64,000 bases of DNA from Mobula hypostoma (Eukaryota). Both the position numbers and the translations under genes were made by a program. The stretch covers positions 109,060,001 to 109,124,000 of the forward strand of contig NC_086097.1 of assembly GCF_963921235.1 (NCBI RefSeq), read 5' to 3'. Below, one piece after another: positions 1-13,701 of the stretch (positions are counted from its first letter, which is position 1; each line of letters begins with the position of its first letter). The notes under the pieces are model-generated. The model saw nothing but the letters and a program-made list of their open reading frames with translations. It was not told where the DNA came from and ran no database searches.

Positions 1-2153
1 TATGGATAGACACAAATATGAAATGACAGAAATACAATAGACTGCCAGTAATGAGACAGATTAAAAAAACGTAAGGTCACTTAAAGGTAGTCAGAAATGC
101 TGCAGAGATGTTCAACACTGGAGTCAAAAAGGGCGCTAAGCTTGGGAAGAAATTGTTTCAGTACCTGGGTGAAGAGGGAAATTTTGTTCAAAAACTGAAA
201 TTTCTGATGGCCAGCCACAAAGGCTTTGATAATCCTTTTACTTAGTTGCAGGAAATTTCTGATCATTCAGTATTGAATGGAGATTAATGAATAGGAATCA
301 GGCAATCTCACAATGAAAAACAACAGAGCCATTGAATGAGACTGTGTTGAAGTAGTGCTTTAAGGATGGTTTACGGATACATTTGGAATCTTAAGTTCTT
401 TCATATGACGTGGCTAAGGACCAGCATAGAATGGACCAATTATAATCCTCTGGGGCCTCTAGGTTTCCTATGCGGGTAATTCAAAAATACTCAGAAACAA
501 GATGATGGAAATAAAAAATAAAACCAAGATCCTGTAAATACTCAGTTTGCTAGGACAGTATCTATGGTGAAAATGAAGTTAATATTTCAGGTCCTCTACA
601 ATTCCTTCCATTCCTCATTCCCCATATCATCCCAGCTCATTCCTCACTTCCTGCCTCCCCTACACATTTTCTTCTCTTGCCCCCAATCTTCAACTCCACG
701 CAACCCCCCTCCTCACCTTGATTCCCCATCTGACTTATCAATCCCTTTTCAATAACCCCTCATTCCATTGTGCTAACTCCATTTTCTCCATCTCCCATCC
801 CTATCTCTTCATAACCATCCCACCCCCACACACAAAGGCTGCTATCCACAGTGGAAATTAATTAACAAATTACATTGTTGGTGCATACCACACCTGCTAA
901 GAAGGCAGATAAGACCATATTATGATTTTCTCTGCTTTGGGGAAACTGAACATGAATTATACGACAACTTTGCAGAACTTTTCTATTCAGTGTTCATGCC
1001 TGATCCCAACCATCCAATTGTCAGTAACTTCATTTCTCTATCTCTCTCACACCACGCCCTCTGTCCTTTGCTTCCTACAGCTTTCCAATGAAGCTTAACC
1101 TTTTTAAGGGGCAGCATCTTATTTTCTGAATGGGCCTTTTCCATATTCCAGATTCAAAACTGAGTTCAGCAATTTTAGACGTTTAGTATTTCTGGCCTTT
1201 TTTTATGTCAGATTTTCAGCAATGACTTCTGATTCTGATTTCAGAAACACATCTTGGCTGAATTTGCACTATCACACCTATTGTTATGAACTTTTCCCCC
1301 TTCAACCATATGGCAAACCTTTCATTCTGTTGCCTCCTTTCCTTGTCCCTTTGTCAATATCTTAAAGCTAATCTCTAATTGTTCTGATTGTTGTAGAGTC
1401 ATCCATGGAATTGTATCCCTCAGCCTAATTTGTCCATGCAGAATTTATTGCCCAGTGAGCTAGTCCTGTTTGCTCATGTTTTCCCCTTAGTCCTCTAGAC
1501 CTCTCCTATCTATCTTCTTACTGAAATGGCTTTTAAATGTTACATATGTGCCCACCCCTATCATTATTTCTGGCAGTTCATTCCAAATATGCACTGTGAT
1601 TTGCATGAAAAACTGCCTTTAATTACCCCTTTAAATGTCTTGCCTTTGATCTTAAGTTTAAACCCTCTTGTTTTTTGGAGCCTCTCCCACCCCCCCCCAC
1701 TCCAAAAAAACTATCTGCTTGCACTCTGTCAATGACCCTCATGATTTTATATACCCCTATCAGGTCACCTCTCAATCTCCTACACTCCAGAAAATAAAAG
1801 TCCTAGTCTACCCAACCTCTCCTTGTAATTCAGGCCCAAATCCAGGCACATGCTAGTAAATGTTTTCTGCAGCTTCAGAGATTTCATTCATATAAAGTGG
1901 TGGCCCAAGATCCTTCTGTACCTCAATAGTACACACTGGTACCTTTTAAGGGGTCTATCATTAACTGTATACTTTCTCCTTTCATTTGACCTCCTGAAGC
2001 CCATTTAGACCTCCAAGCCTGACTTGCTGTGTAGTTGAGGTATTTTCTGCTTATATTTCGTAAAAGCAACAGGTTATAATCTGTATAAACCTTATCCTCT
2101 AATCTTTTCTCCTCAGCCACATGGAGCTTTTAATATTCCTTGTTTGTTTCTAG

Positions 2154-2267
2154 ATTGCGCTATTTGGTCAAACAGTTGGAACGGGGTGAAACTTCGGTTG
2201 TGGATCTGAAGAAGAATTTGGAATATGCAGCTTCAGTGCTTGAGACAGTCTACATTGATGAGACACG
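2154..2267 (+). CDS. PDE1C: PDE1C-like phosphodiesterase, internal coding exon A (114 nt)
   Basis: tag|ATTGCGC...ACACG|gtatgt. Translates LRYLVKQLERGETSVVDLKKNLEYAASVLETVYIDETR, the PDE1 N-terminal region. Confidence 0.93.
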
Positions 2268-4007
2268 GTATGTGTGCTGACCATTTTTACATGTCCCTCT
2301 ACAATTCTTTATTCCTCGGCTGTGCTGTGAAAGGATCTGCCACCCATCTAGGCAGTAATATAATAGCACTGTGGTATTTTTGCCTCTCAGGCCCACGTTA
2401 ATAAATTATTCAGTCAGAATCTCCCGCTGAGAATGTTCAACACTCACGACATGATCTGATGAGTTTTGACACACACATTTGCGGAATAGCAGACACTTGC
2501 ACTGTTTTTATTAGCAGGACATTTTGTCTGTAAGAAGATTTGCCGTCATAATAATAACATTGTTTTCAGTTCTGCCTGTCCCAAAGCTGTTGGTGATTGC
2601 TTTTAGTTGATGGTTTTGAGTGAAAAGTTTAACCCTGTGTTTATGCAGAGAATATATAACACATTATAGCACTGGAACAGGGTGTTCAGCCCGTAAATTG
2701 TGTGAGCTTGTTGCCAATTTACACTAAATGTCCTCCTCCCACATGTCATCCATATCTCTCCATTCTCCTCATTTTCTGTGCGACAGCTTTTTAAAGGTAG
2801 CATAAAAGCTTCACTAAACTGTCTACTTCTACTACTATTCCTGGTAACTATCCCAGATACATACTGTGTAAAAAAAAATTGCCCTTCATGTCATTTTTAA
2901 ACTCCTCTCCCCCTCCCCCTCCCAACACTGCCCTAATCTTAAACGCGCGTGTTTGTTATTTCTACTCTGGAGGAAAGATTCTGACTGCCTGCCTTATTTT
3001 AAAAACCTCTATCTTGTCTCCCCTCAATCTCTGGTGCACCGGAAAGAACAACCCAAGTTTGTCCAACCTTTCCTTTTCACTCATACGTTCTGATGCGGGC
3101 AGCATCTTGGTAACCTCCTCAGCACCATCTTTACAGTCTCAACATCCTTCCTATCATGGGGCAACCAGAACTGTACTCAGTAATCCATGTGGTCTGACTG
3201 AAGTTTTGTACAGCTGCAGCATGACATCTATACTCTTATACTCAGTATCCCTATCAATGAAGGCAAGCAGGCAGCAACCCTTCTTTATTACCTTATCTAC
3301 TTGTGAAGCCATGTTCAGTCAACAATGGACTTGGAACCCAAAATCCCTCTGTATCTCAGTCATACCTCTTAAGAGATCTACCATTAGCTGTATACATTCT
3401 TCTTTAATTGCACCTCACACTTGCCTGGATGAAGTTCCATCTGCCACTTCTCTTTCCATATCTAGGTATATGTTACTGAATTATTTAATAGTCCATTACG
3501 CTGTCCATAACTCCACCAATCTTGGTATCATCCACAGGCTTCATAATCCATCCAACTAGACCAAAGACCAGAAGACCCAAGAACAGGATTAGGCCATTCA
3601 GCCCATCAGTCTGCTCTGCCTTTCCATCATGGCTCAATTATTATCCCTCTTCTGTCTTCTCACCATAGCCATTGATACCCTTACTAATTAAGAACCTATC
3701 AACCTCTGCTTTAAGTACGACCAATGACTTGGCCTTGACAGACGTCTGTGGTAATGAATTCCACAGACTCATACTCTCTGGCTAAAGAAATTCCTCCTCA
3801 TCTCCATTCTAAAGGGACATCATTCTATTCTCAGGTTGTGCCCTGTGGGCCTAGACTCCCCATACAGGAAGTATCCTCCCTACGTTAAATCTATCTAGGT
3901 CTTTTAATATTTGATAGGTTCCAATGAAATCCCACCCCCCCCATTCTTCTAAAGTCCAGGGAGTAGAGGCCCAGAGCCATCAAATGCTCCTCATGCGTTA
4001 ACCCTTT

Positions 4008-4284
4008 CAAAGGTTCAAAGGTCAAATTTAATGTCAGAGAAATGTATACAATATACATTCTGAAATGCTTTTTCTTCGCAAACATCCATGAAAACAGAAA
4101 TGTGCCTCAAAGAATGAATGACAAATTAAGCGTGAGAACCCCAAATACCCCCCCAACTTTACCCTCCTGCATGTAAGCGGCACCAAGCAACAATCCCCCT
4201 CCCCCCACCGGCAAAATAAAGGCACATGGGTGCTATCACTGAGCCCAAGCGTGTGCTAAGCAATAGCAAAGACACAGACCAAAA
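4008..4284 (-). mobile_element. Short non-autonomous retroposon (Rex1/Babar-type tail)
   Basis: TSD TTAACCCTTT (3998-4007 and 4285-4294). CAAAGGTT tail repeats. Confidence 0.65.
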
Positions 4285-4369
4285 TTAACCCTTTTGTGAA
4301 TCCTGTGCTAAGACTCCCAAGCCACAAAGCCATGAATTCCATCACCCAGATCATTAACTTAGAACAGAA

Positions 4370-5131
4370 TGTTATGTGCCAGCAGCAATAGACCACAGAC
4401 TCAGTTTTTAATATTAAACAGCTATATTTTCAGTAGCTACCCAAAATACAGACAATTAAACAAATTACTCCTCTAAACAAAAATAAACAGTTCTATGCAT
4501 TTGTAGCCCACAAACGGTGTCAGGTTTGGGAACAGTTCTTCTTAAATCTTACTCAAACACAGTCCCAGAAATGGCAATCCAGATGATTCCAGAAATCCAC
4601 AGAAACAGGTGAGGGGAAGACACTAAGATGACACGAGGCGGCGATCATGGAAAATTCCAGAGGATCCACGCTGGGAAAAACAATATAGCAGTCACAGCAG
4701 ATTTCAGAGGTTGAGTAGCGTTCCAAAATCCACCTAGGGATATCACAAGGTGACGGTCATGGAATATTCCCTAACACAAGTGGTCACCATCTAACACACC
4801 CAAATACATGTATGGGTTAACAAAAAGTGGTAGCCACAGGAATATTCCAGAAATCATGTAAAGTGACAGTCACGAATCCAATATGCACTGTGTCCCACTA
4901 ACTATCACAATCCTCTGGACATGGAGAAGGACTAGACTCGTCCGCTGTTGTAGCAAACTCTTCATCTATCTCCACCCAGCTCTCTCTCCTGCTGGTACCT
5001 CGAGACTGCTGTTCCTTCTTCTGCCGAATGTTCCAGAAACCTGTTCGCATTTTTATAATGACAGCATCCACCCGTCTCATCCAGGCACTTAAAATGACAC
5101 TCACAGTAAAAAAAAATGTTGACACATAACA
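4370..5131 (-). mobile_element. Solo LTR (762 bp) inserted in CR1
   Basis: Termini TGTTATGTG...CACATAACA (9-bp perfect inverted repeat), 4-bp TSD AGAA on both sides, TATAAAA on the minus strand near 5050. The host CR1 resumes on both sides. Confidence 0.8.
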
Positions 5132-8100
5132 AGAAAAACTCACAGACCCAACTTTGATCTCTGCAAGGACATCACTACTCACTGGCAGCCAACCAGCGAA
5201 GGACCTCTTCATTCCCACTCTTTGCCTTCTGCCAATCAACTGATCTTCTGTCCATGCTAGTATCTTTTCTGTAATGCCATGGGCTCTTTCCTTGTTTACC
5301 AGCTTCATGTGTGGCACCTTTTGAAAATCCAAGTAAAACACATCCATTGACTCCTTTGTCTATCCTGCCATTACTTCCTCAAAGACTTCCAACAGATTTG
5401 TCAGGCAAGATTTCCCCTTAAGGAAACCATGCTAACTTTAGTTATGTATCTCTGAATATCCCTAGAGTGTAGTCCATCCTGTCTTTGTCCATCTTCCTAC
5501 ATTTCAGCTTTCCAAACACCTTCTCCTTAGCAAGAGCAACTACATTCACTTCTGTCCCCAACACTTTCAAACTTCTGGCATGCTGCTAGTGTCTTCCACA
5601 GTAAAGACTGATGCAAAATACTTACTTGGTTCATTTGCCATTTCATTAATTGTCTGATGTCCACTCTTGCCTCTCTTTTACTCTTTATATCTGAAAAAAT
5701 AACATCCTCTTTCATCTTATTAAGGAATTTATCTTCATATTTCATGTTTTATTTCCTTATTGCTTCATTACTTGCCTTCTTTTAGCCTTTTAAAGTGTCC
5801 AGATCCTCTAGCTTATCACAAAGTTTTGCTATACTCTATGCTTCACTTTTGCTTTATGCTGTCTTTGAATTCAGCCACAATTGCCACATCCTCCTTTCAT
5901 CATCCATTTCTTCTTCTTTGGGATGAACCAATTTTGCGTAATCCAAATTACTCTTAGAAACTTCAGCCATTACTGTTCTACCATCACCCCTGCTTGTGTC
6001 CCTTCTAGTCAGCTTTAACCAAATCCTCTCTCATACCTCTGTAATTCCCTTTACTCCACTGTAATACTGATGCATCTGATTTTAGCCTCTCCCTTGCAAA
6101 CATCGGGGTGAATTCTGTCGTATCATGATCAGTGCTTCCTACGGGTTTCTTTATCTTAAAGCTCCCTGATCAAATCTGGTTCATTATGCAATATTCAACC
6201 CAGAAGTTTTCTTAATGGGCTTGACCACAAGCTGTTATAAAAGATCATTTCATCCGCATTCTACAAATTACTTATCTTGAATCCAGCACCAACCTGATTT
6301 TCCCAATCTATCAGCATATTAAAAATCACCTAGACCATTGAAACATGGTTATTTTTACATGCCTTTTCTACCTCCCATTGCAATTTGTACCCCACATCCT
6401 GGCCTTTTTTCCGGAGGCCTGTATATAATTCCTATCAGGGTCTTTTCACTCTTGCAGTTGTTTTACTCTATCCACAAAGATTCTACATCTCTGTCATGAC
6501 ATCATGACATCAAGGATATCATCATTTCTAAGGATTTGATTTAATTTTTAACAACCCACCTCCTCATCCCACCTGCCTATCCTTTTGATAAGATGTGTAT
6601 CCTTGGATTTGAAGCTCCCACCTGTGCTTTTCTTTCGGCTACGACTCAGTAATGCCCACAATTTGGCAGTGATGCCAATTTCTAACTGTGCTACAAAATT
6701 ATCTAGCTTGCATACTGTGTGTATTCAAATATAACACCTTCAGTCTTGTATTCATCACCCTTCTTTGCAATTTTGTTTCCATGTTGCCTGCAGTGAAATT
6801 CTTATACTTCTTAAAACTTTTTGTATAAATCTTTATTCTGGACATTTCAGTAATCCCTCCTGTCTTCCTTTTTATTTATCCTCACTTGTCCAAACCGTTG
6901 AGCCACCTCCTACTATCTAGCTTAAAGCTTTATCCATAGCCCTAGATATGTGCTTCCTCAGGACCCTAGTTCCAGTCCAGTTCAAGTGGAGCCCATCCAT
7001 TGGAACAGCCCTCTTCTTCCCCAATACTGGTGTCAGTGTCCTATGAATTCAAACCTAATTCTCTCACATCAATCTTGGAAGCCACATATTTAGATTTGTG
7101 CTAATTAATTCTATACTTATTTGCATTTGGTTCTGGTAACAATTAATCAAAGTATATACAAATACTTCAGTCCCACCTCATTTGTTTTTCATTTATCATT
7201 TCAGTCTCCCTTCCACTCTACCTTACACTCTCTTGCATAACACTAACAAACCTCCTCCCAAGTATATTGGTTCTCCTCCAATTCAGAAGCAAGCCCTACC
7301 TGCCCTGGAAGATAGCACAATGATCCATAAATCTGAAGCCCAGCCTCCTGCCCCAGGTCTTTCGCCACATATTGAACGGCACTGTGCATCTATTTCTCAC
7401 CTTCCTGGCACGTGGTATGGGCATTAATTCTGAATTTACAACCCTGGAAGTCTTGCTTTTTAAACTTTCTACCTAGCTCCCTAAAATTCCTTAGCAGGAT
7501 ATCATCATTGCTCCTGCCTATGTTATTGGTACTTTGTGGACCATGACCTCTGGTAGTTCACCCTCCTCTTTCAGAATGCCATGTACCTGCTTGAGACATC
7601 CTTGACAATGGTGCTAAGGAGGCAACGCACTATCTTAGACACTTGATTGCGACCACAGAAACATTTGCTCTGCCCCTTACTACAGAGTTCACTATCACTA
7701 TGCCTCTACTTGACTTCATCCTTTTGAGCCTCAGAGCCAGACACAGTGTCATTAACCCAGCTCCTGGTGCTAGCTTCTGATAGGTTATTCATCTAGACCT
7801 GTTTGCCTAATCCACATACTTCTGGTAGACGGCCATTTATCTGTAGCCTGCACCTGTGGTTTGACCACCTCATTAAAACTCTCATCTGTGATATCCTCAG
7901 CCTCCCAGACGATCCTGAGTACATCAACTCCAGCTCAGTCCTTTCACCTGGTAGTCAAGAGTGCACTTCCCACAGATGTAGTCATCAGGGAGACCATGAG
8001 GTTCCTTGACCTCACATCTTGCAGAAGGACTATTTACTGCCCTGACTGCCATATTAACTGCACCGTCAAAAGAAATGGATTAAAAGGAGAATAAAAACCT

Positions 8101-8907
8101 TACCTGAGTCTTACCTCTTCTCACCGGTTCCTCAGCTCTCCACTCCGATACTGGCTCGCTCTCACAATGGCTGCTCTAATATAGCCACTCCCCAGGACCA
8201 TAGATTCTTTTTATTTGTTTCTTTTCTCTTCTGGTCTGATTTACAATAATATCTTGAGGTCTTTCCATTTCAAATGTATTGTTCTTTGAAAGTGACAGTG
8301 AAATTGCAAATTCAAGTGGATTTGTAATTTGATTTTCTCCTCAAGGGCTTATGCCAAAATAGCTCTGGCTTGATCAGAATGCTCTTGTTTTGCTGAATTG
8401 TTTTATACATTTTGTTCGCTTATTTATGTGCTGGTACTTAGTGGCTTTATATCACATTCTGCTCTGGGGTGAAATTTGTAGCCAACACTGTATATTTGAT
8501 AGTCACAGGTGATGATGTCATAAGTATCCTGTGGTTCTTTGCCTGTACAGCATCTGTGCTTCCAAATCTTTTCTCTACTCCTTCGCCCAATGAGACAGAA
8601 CTGAGATGCATCCTATCTTGTGAAGGCAAGCATAGCTACCATCTTTCTTAATAGCAGCCAATGCAGCACACTAAGCTGTTAGAGTATTACTGTTGTTGAT
8701 TTGTACATACTTTGATTAATTAGATTAAATGCCCAAATTTATTGTCTACATAGAGGGTTAACTAGCAGGCTGACCCAATGGCAGTCATCCTTTTTCAAGC
8801 AGAACATGCATGCATCAAAAACTGTTTGCGTCAAAAGGAGCATTTAGAATGAGGAGGGTTTTTATGTATTTACATGTGTATTAAAAACATAACTCTTTTA
8901 AACACAG

Positions 8908-9090
8908 GCGTCTGCTGGATACAGAAGATGAGCTCAGTGATATCCAGTCTGACTCTATTCCCTCAGAGGTCCGAGACTGGTTGGCCTCCACGTTCACAAG
9001 ACAAATGGGAATGATGCTGAAAAGGACCGAGGAGAAGCCAAGATTCCGCAGCATTGTCCATGCAGTGCAAGCTGGGATATTTGTTGAAAG
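8908..9090 (+). CDS. PDE1C: PDE1C exon B (183 nt), includes the second calmodulin-binding segment
   Basis: cag|G...GAAAG|gtcagg. RLLDTEDELSDIQSDSIPSEVRDWLASTFTRQMGMMLKRTEEKPRFRSIVHAVQAGIFVE; RQMGMML is PDE1C-like rather than PDE1A/B. Phase matches exon A. Confidence 0.95.
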
Positions 9091-11789
9091 GTCAGGAAAA
9101 TTACTATGAAATCTAGTACTTTTTTTTTGATTATATACCTTATGTTGGTGTTTTATTTATCAAGTTTCAAGATTGTTTAATGATGTTTCCAGTTGTAAAG
9201 GAGAACAAATTAATTGCCAGTCCAGATCCAAGCAGCACAAAGAAAAAACACAAGATAAAGAACACAATAATAAAAGAACACCACAATAAATATAAATACA
9301 TAAGATAGCTGATACACATAAACTGACTTGAATAAAAATGTCTGTGTATTAAAATAGAGATGTTTGCAAATGGGCCTTTGTCAGCATCTACAATTCAACC
9401 CTGATTTATCAGAGTGGTGGTAGAAGGTCAGAAGGATGCTGATTGTTGACCTCGTTGTTTAAAGAGGGAGGAAGGGGTAAAATGTGTAATTATAGCCCAT
9501 TTAGTTTAAGTTCACTGGTGGCCCAGTTATTAGCATTCATCCTGAGGCAAAACATGCAAGCTCATTTAGATAGGCACATATCAATCAACGTAGATCTGTT
9601 GAGGGAAAGTTATGTCTAACTGAATTGACATATTTGAGGAAATAACAAGGTAGGAATTGTGTTTAATGTAAAATAAGTGGATTTCAGTGAAGCTTTTGAT
9701 GAGATCACATATGAGAGACTGATCAAAAAAGCAAAGAATGGGATCCAGGGGAGGTGGCAAATTGGATCCAAAATGAGTTCAGTGACAGGAAGCAGAATGA
9801 TTGACTAGTGTGCTTGTGAGGTTCTAACCAATGACATTTCAGAGGATTCCGTACTTGGTCCCTATTTGGTGCATAATGAATGATACAGACCTCTGCTTGT
9901 GGGTATGATAAAGAAGTTTGCAAATAAGTTGGCTATGTGCTTGGTGATGTGGCAAAACTTTGGTCATCAGATGCTTTAGTCAGTCTGTCAAAAAATGTCA
10001 ATAATAGCAATAAATTAATCCAGAGCATCAGCAGGGGAGGTACAGCAAGGTAGGGGAGTACATATTAAATGATAGCATTTTGTGGAGTGGAGTGGAACAT
10101 AATGACAATGGATTGTATATACGCAGATCCTTAAATGTAGCAAAACTGATCTACAATATAGTTAAGGATACTTTTGTTTATTAGTTGAGGCATAATATAC
10201 AAGAGCAGGGTGATTATGCTGGAATTATGTGTTTGTTACCATGCAGTTTTAATCACCACATTACAGGAAAGGATATTATTGAATTAGGAGAAGGTGCAGA
10301 TGAGACACAGTAAGAGACCTTCTAGCCTATTAAATTAATGCTGACTATTCATCAATTTACATTAATCCTACACTCGTCCCATTTTGATTCACCTCTCATT
10401 CTTTTTGATTACCTCCAGAATCTACACTAGGGAAAAGTTACAATAGCCAGTTGACCTACCAACCACATGTTTATAGGATTAGGAGAAAACCCACACAGTC
10501 ATGGTGGGAGTTTGCAGAGTCCACCTAGGCAACACCGAAGGTCATAACTGAACTCAGGTCTCTGGCAATGTGAGCCAATGACTGTACTAGCTGCACAACT
10601 GTGCCAATTCACAAGGACAAGGACAGTGCCTAATCTGGACAAATGTAATTTTGAAAAAAGCTTACCCAAGCTGTAGCTGTTTTATTTGGAATAGAGGAGA
10701 TTGAGGAGGGACTAACTTGTGGCGTATAGAATTATGAGGGTCGTGCACAGAATAATGACCTATTTCCCTTAACAAGGAGCTCAGCTCAAGAGCCAGGGCA
10801 CAGAGAGATTTTGAAGTAATTATAGGAGAAAGGAGATGATGTAAAAACTTCCCAACAACCTGGGGTCTGGGTTTCCTGGCCTGAGAGGCTGACAGTGGCA
10901 GAATCCTTAAACACGTTTAACAATTGCATGAATGGGTACTTGAAGAATTGCAATCTGCAAGGCTGCTTGAAGGATTGGATGGTGGGATTATATTGGGTAA
11001 TCCACATTGATAAAATGTGCTGAATAGAATCTTCCTTGTTGTAACATTTTCTCTGAACCACTGTTACTGAAAATATATAAAGTAGATTAGAATGTTAGTG
11101 TCTTAAGATTTTTAACTGCAGATATAATGGAAGTAACTTTGACATTATTTTCTGATTTAGTCCCCTTGTGCAGATAGGATTATTGTTGATAAAGGTCATT
11201 GTTCTTGCCCAGGCTGAGGAGCCTGTGTTTCTACTTTCAGCCCATCAACCTTGCCTGTGGCTAACCTTATCTGAGATTGCCCTGTAGCGTAGCCCAGTGA
11301 TGTTAAAATGCAGTGAAAGTATATGTATACTATCACAGTCCTGAGATCTGATCTTTATAATTCTTGACGTCTGCCAGCCAACATCTATTTTTTAGTACAA
11401 TAAAATTCTGATAAACACAGTACATCTAATGAGAATCCCTGAATAATTGGCAGCTGGAAGATAACCTCCTTGAACCTCATTGAAGTGCTTGATGGTGCAC
11501 TCTTTTTAAATTCATGAGAGACCCAGTTCCTGCAGACACGTGAAACCAGAGGCTCCCAACCTTTTTTATGCCATAGACCAATATCATAGCAAGGGCTGTG
11601 TGGACCCCAGGTTAAACTCACCAGGCTTTTGTTTCTTGTACTTCCCCTAATCCTCCCAGTTTCACTGGAACATTCACTATAATACTATCTAACAGCTTTG
11701 AAAAGGTGAATTAAAAACATGTCAAGGTTTTCAACTGAAATAATATCCAAAGTATGAAAAGGACCTGTCCTGGGACCAGTAAGTCCATG

Positions 11790-12970
11790 CCATCACAAAG
11801 AAGGCATGACAGCACTTCTACTTTCTCAGAAGTTTGCGTAGATTTGACATGTCGCCAAAAGCTTAGACAAATTTCTCTAGGTGCACAATGGAGGTGTCCT
11901 GACTAGTTGCATCATGATCTGATTTGAAAATACCGATGCCCAGAAGCGGACCATTGATAAAAACAGAATAAAACTGTAGAAAGTGGTAGTTACAGCCCGG
12001 TCCATCACAGGTAAAACCCTCCCTACCACTGAGAACATTTAGATGGAGAGCTGTCACAAGAAAGCAACGTTCGTCATCAAAGACTCCCACCATTCAAGTA
12101 GTCTCTTCTGACTACTACCGTTGAGCTGAAGATACAGGGGCCTCAGATCCCAGACCACCAGGTTCAGGAAGAGTTATTACCTTACAACCATCAGGGTCCT
12201 GAACCAATGTGGAGTACTTCACTCACCTAAATGCTGAACTGACTCTACAACTATAGACACACTTTCAAGAACTCTTCACAACTTGTGTTTTAAGTACTGT
12301 TGTTATTTTATTTTATTTGCACAGTTTGTCTTCTTTTGCATATTGGTTGTTCATCATTGTTGAGACTGCGAACAAAGTCACTGGAGAGACACTGAAGCTA
12401 GTGATAGAGAAATCTTTATTCAGCACAAATAGGCACCACTGGAGACACTCGGAAGATTAGATTACATATGCAGGGCAATTCTATAGTTTTAATGCATTCA
12501 GAAAGCTTCCTTTGAGGTACATACAATTTTCAAACACCTAGATCTTCACACCAACACTCCAGACAAATTAGACTGATTGTTAATCACCACTCCCTCTGGG
12601 CTGCATTCATGCATATGCAGACATCTCTGGTCAATGGAGTGTTTACTGGTTTGCAATTGACCCCAGCCTATAGTGCCAGGAAGAACATTGTTCTGAGCTG
12701 CATTTTAAACTCAATCTATAATTCACATTCAGATCTGAAGACTGGTTGCTGTAAATTATTATTTGCTATACTGTATATCATAACTCCAGAATATGCCCTG
12801 ACAGTCATTCTTTGTTTATGTATGTCTTTTTTTCATGGAATCTATTGTACTTCTTATGTTTTTCCTGTAAATGCTTGCAAGAAAAAAGGGTAGTGTATAT
12901 GTATATATTGTATATAATATGTTGACATGTACATACTTCGATAATAAATTTACTTTAAACTTTGAATTTT
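11790..12970 (+). mobile_element. Rex1/Babar LINE 3' fragment containing a probable solo LTR (12358-12803)
   Basis: Decayed Rex ORF end and an actttgaa tail. The insert is TG...CA, has AATAAA on the minus strand, and is flanked by ATCAT/GTCAT. Confidence 0.65.
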
Positions 12971-13374
12971 GACAATGCAGGGACTTTGATCGTCCTACAC
13001 CTCCAAAGTTTTGCTCAACTGAGTTTCACTAATAACTTGAGAGATCTTTTGATTCTTCTAATGGATCTCCATAGACCCTTCAATCAATGAGATTCATTGA
13101 GAAGGTTGATGTAATGTAACTGAGGTGATATATAGAACTTCTAAAAACATTTGAAAAGTTATAAAACTTTTCATCAAAATTGGTCATGCAATGAAACAGA
13201 GAATATAGCAACTGGAAACAGTCTGGTAATGAGCATAGCAAACCTAAGAGACTGCAACTTCTGGAAATCAGGAACAAGGTACAAAGGAGCTAAAGGAACT
13301 CAGTGGGTCAGACAACACACATCAAAATTGCTGGTGAATGCAGCAGGCCAGGCAGCATCTCTAGGAAGAGGTAC

Positions 13375-13410
13375 AGTCGACGTTTCAGGCCGAGACCCTT
13401 CGTCAGGGCT
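13375..13410 (-). ncRNA. Minimal type-I hammerhead motif (one stem I mismatch)
   Basis: Reverse complement AGCC-CTGACGA-AGGGTCTCGGCCT-GAAA-CGTC-GACT. Confidence 0.75.
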
Positions 13411-13665
13411 AACTGAAGGAAGAGCTAGTAAGAGATTTTAAAGTGGGCGGGGGAGGGGTAGATACCCCTTGCCCATCCTCTGGGTCCCCCCCCCCCCGCC
13501 TTTCTTTCTCCCCGGACCTCCTGTCCCATGATCCTCTCGTATCCCCTTTGTCAATCACCTGACCAGCGCTTGGCTCCATCCCTCCCCCTCCTGTCTTCTC
13601 CTATCATTTTGGGTCTCCCCCTCCCCTTCCCAGTTTCAAATCTCTTACTAGCTCTTCCTTCAGTT

Positions 13666-13701
13666 AGTCCTGACGAAGGGTCTCGGCCTGAAACGTCGAC
13701 T
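13666..13701 (+). ncRNA. Minimal type-I hammerhead ribozyme motif
   Basis: AGTC-CTGACGA-AGG gtctcgg CCT-GAAA-CG-TC-GACT: stem I AGUC/GACU, intact core, palindromic ACGU stem III, GUC cleavage triplet. Confidence 0.85.

Larger units (their letters stand above)
3560..7130 (-). mobile_element. Decayed CR1 LINE, interrupted by two later insertions
   Basis: Minus ORFs DVFYLDFQKVPHMKL..AHGIT and LMALGLYSLDFRR. Tail-like gaccaaaga repeats at 3560. Confidence 0.8.

Noticed and set aside
2879..3559. 226-aa ORF
   Set aside because: It is the antisense reading of a decayed CR1 3' region, with no recognisable protein motifs.
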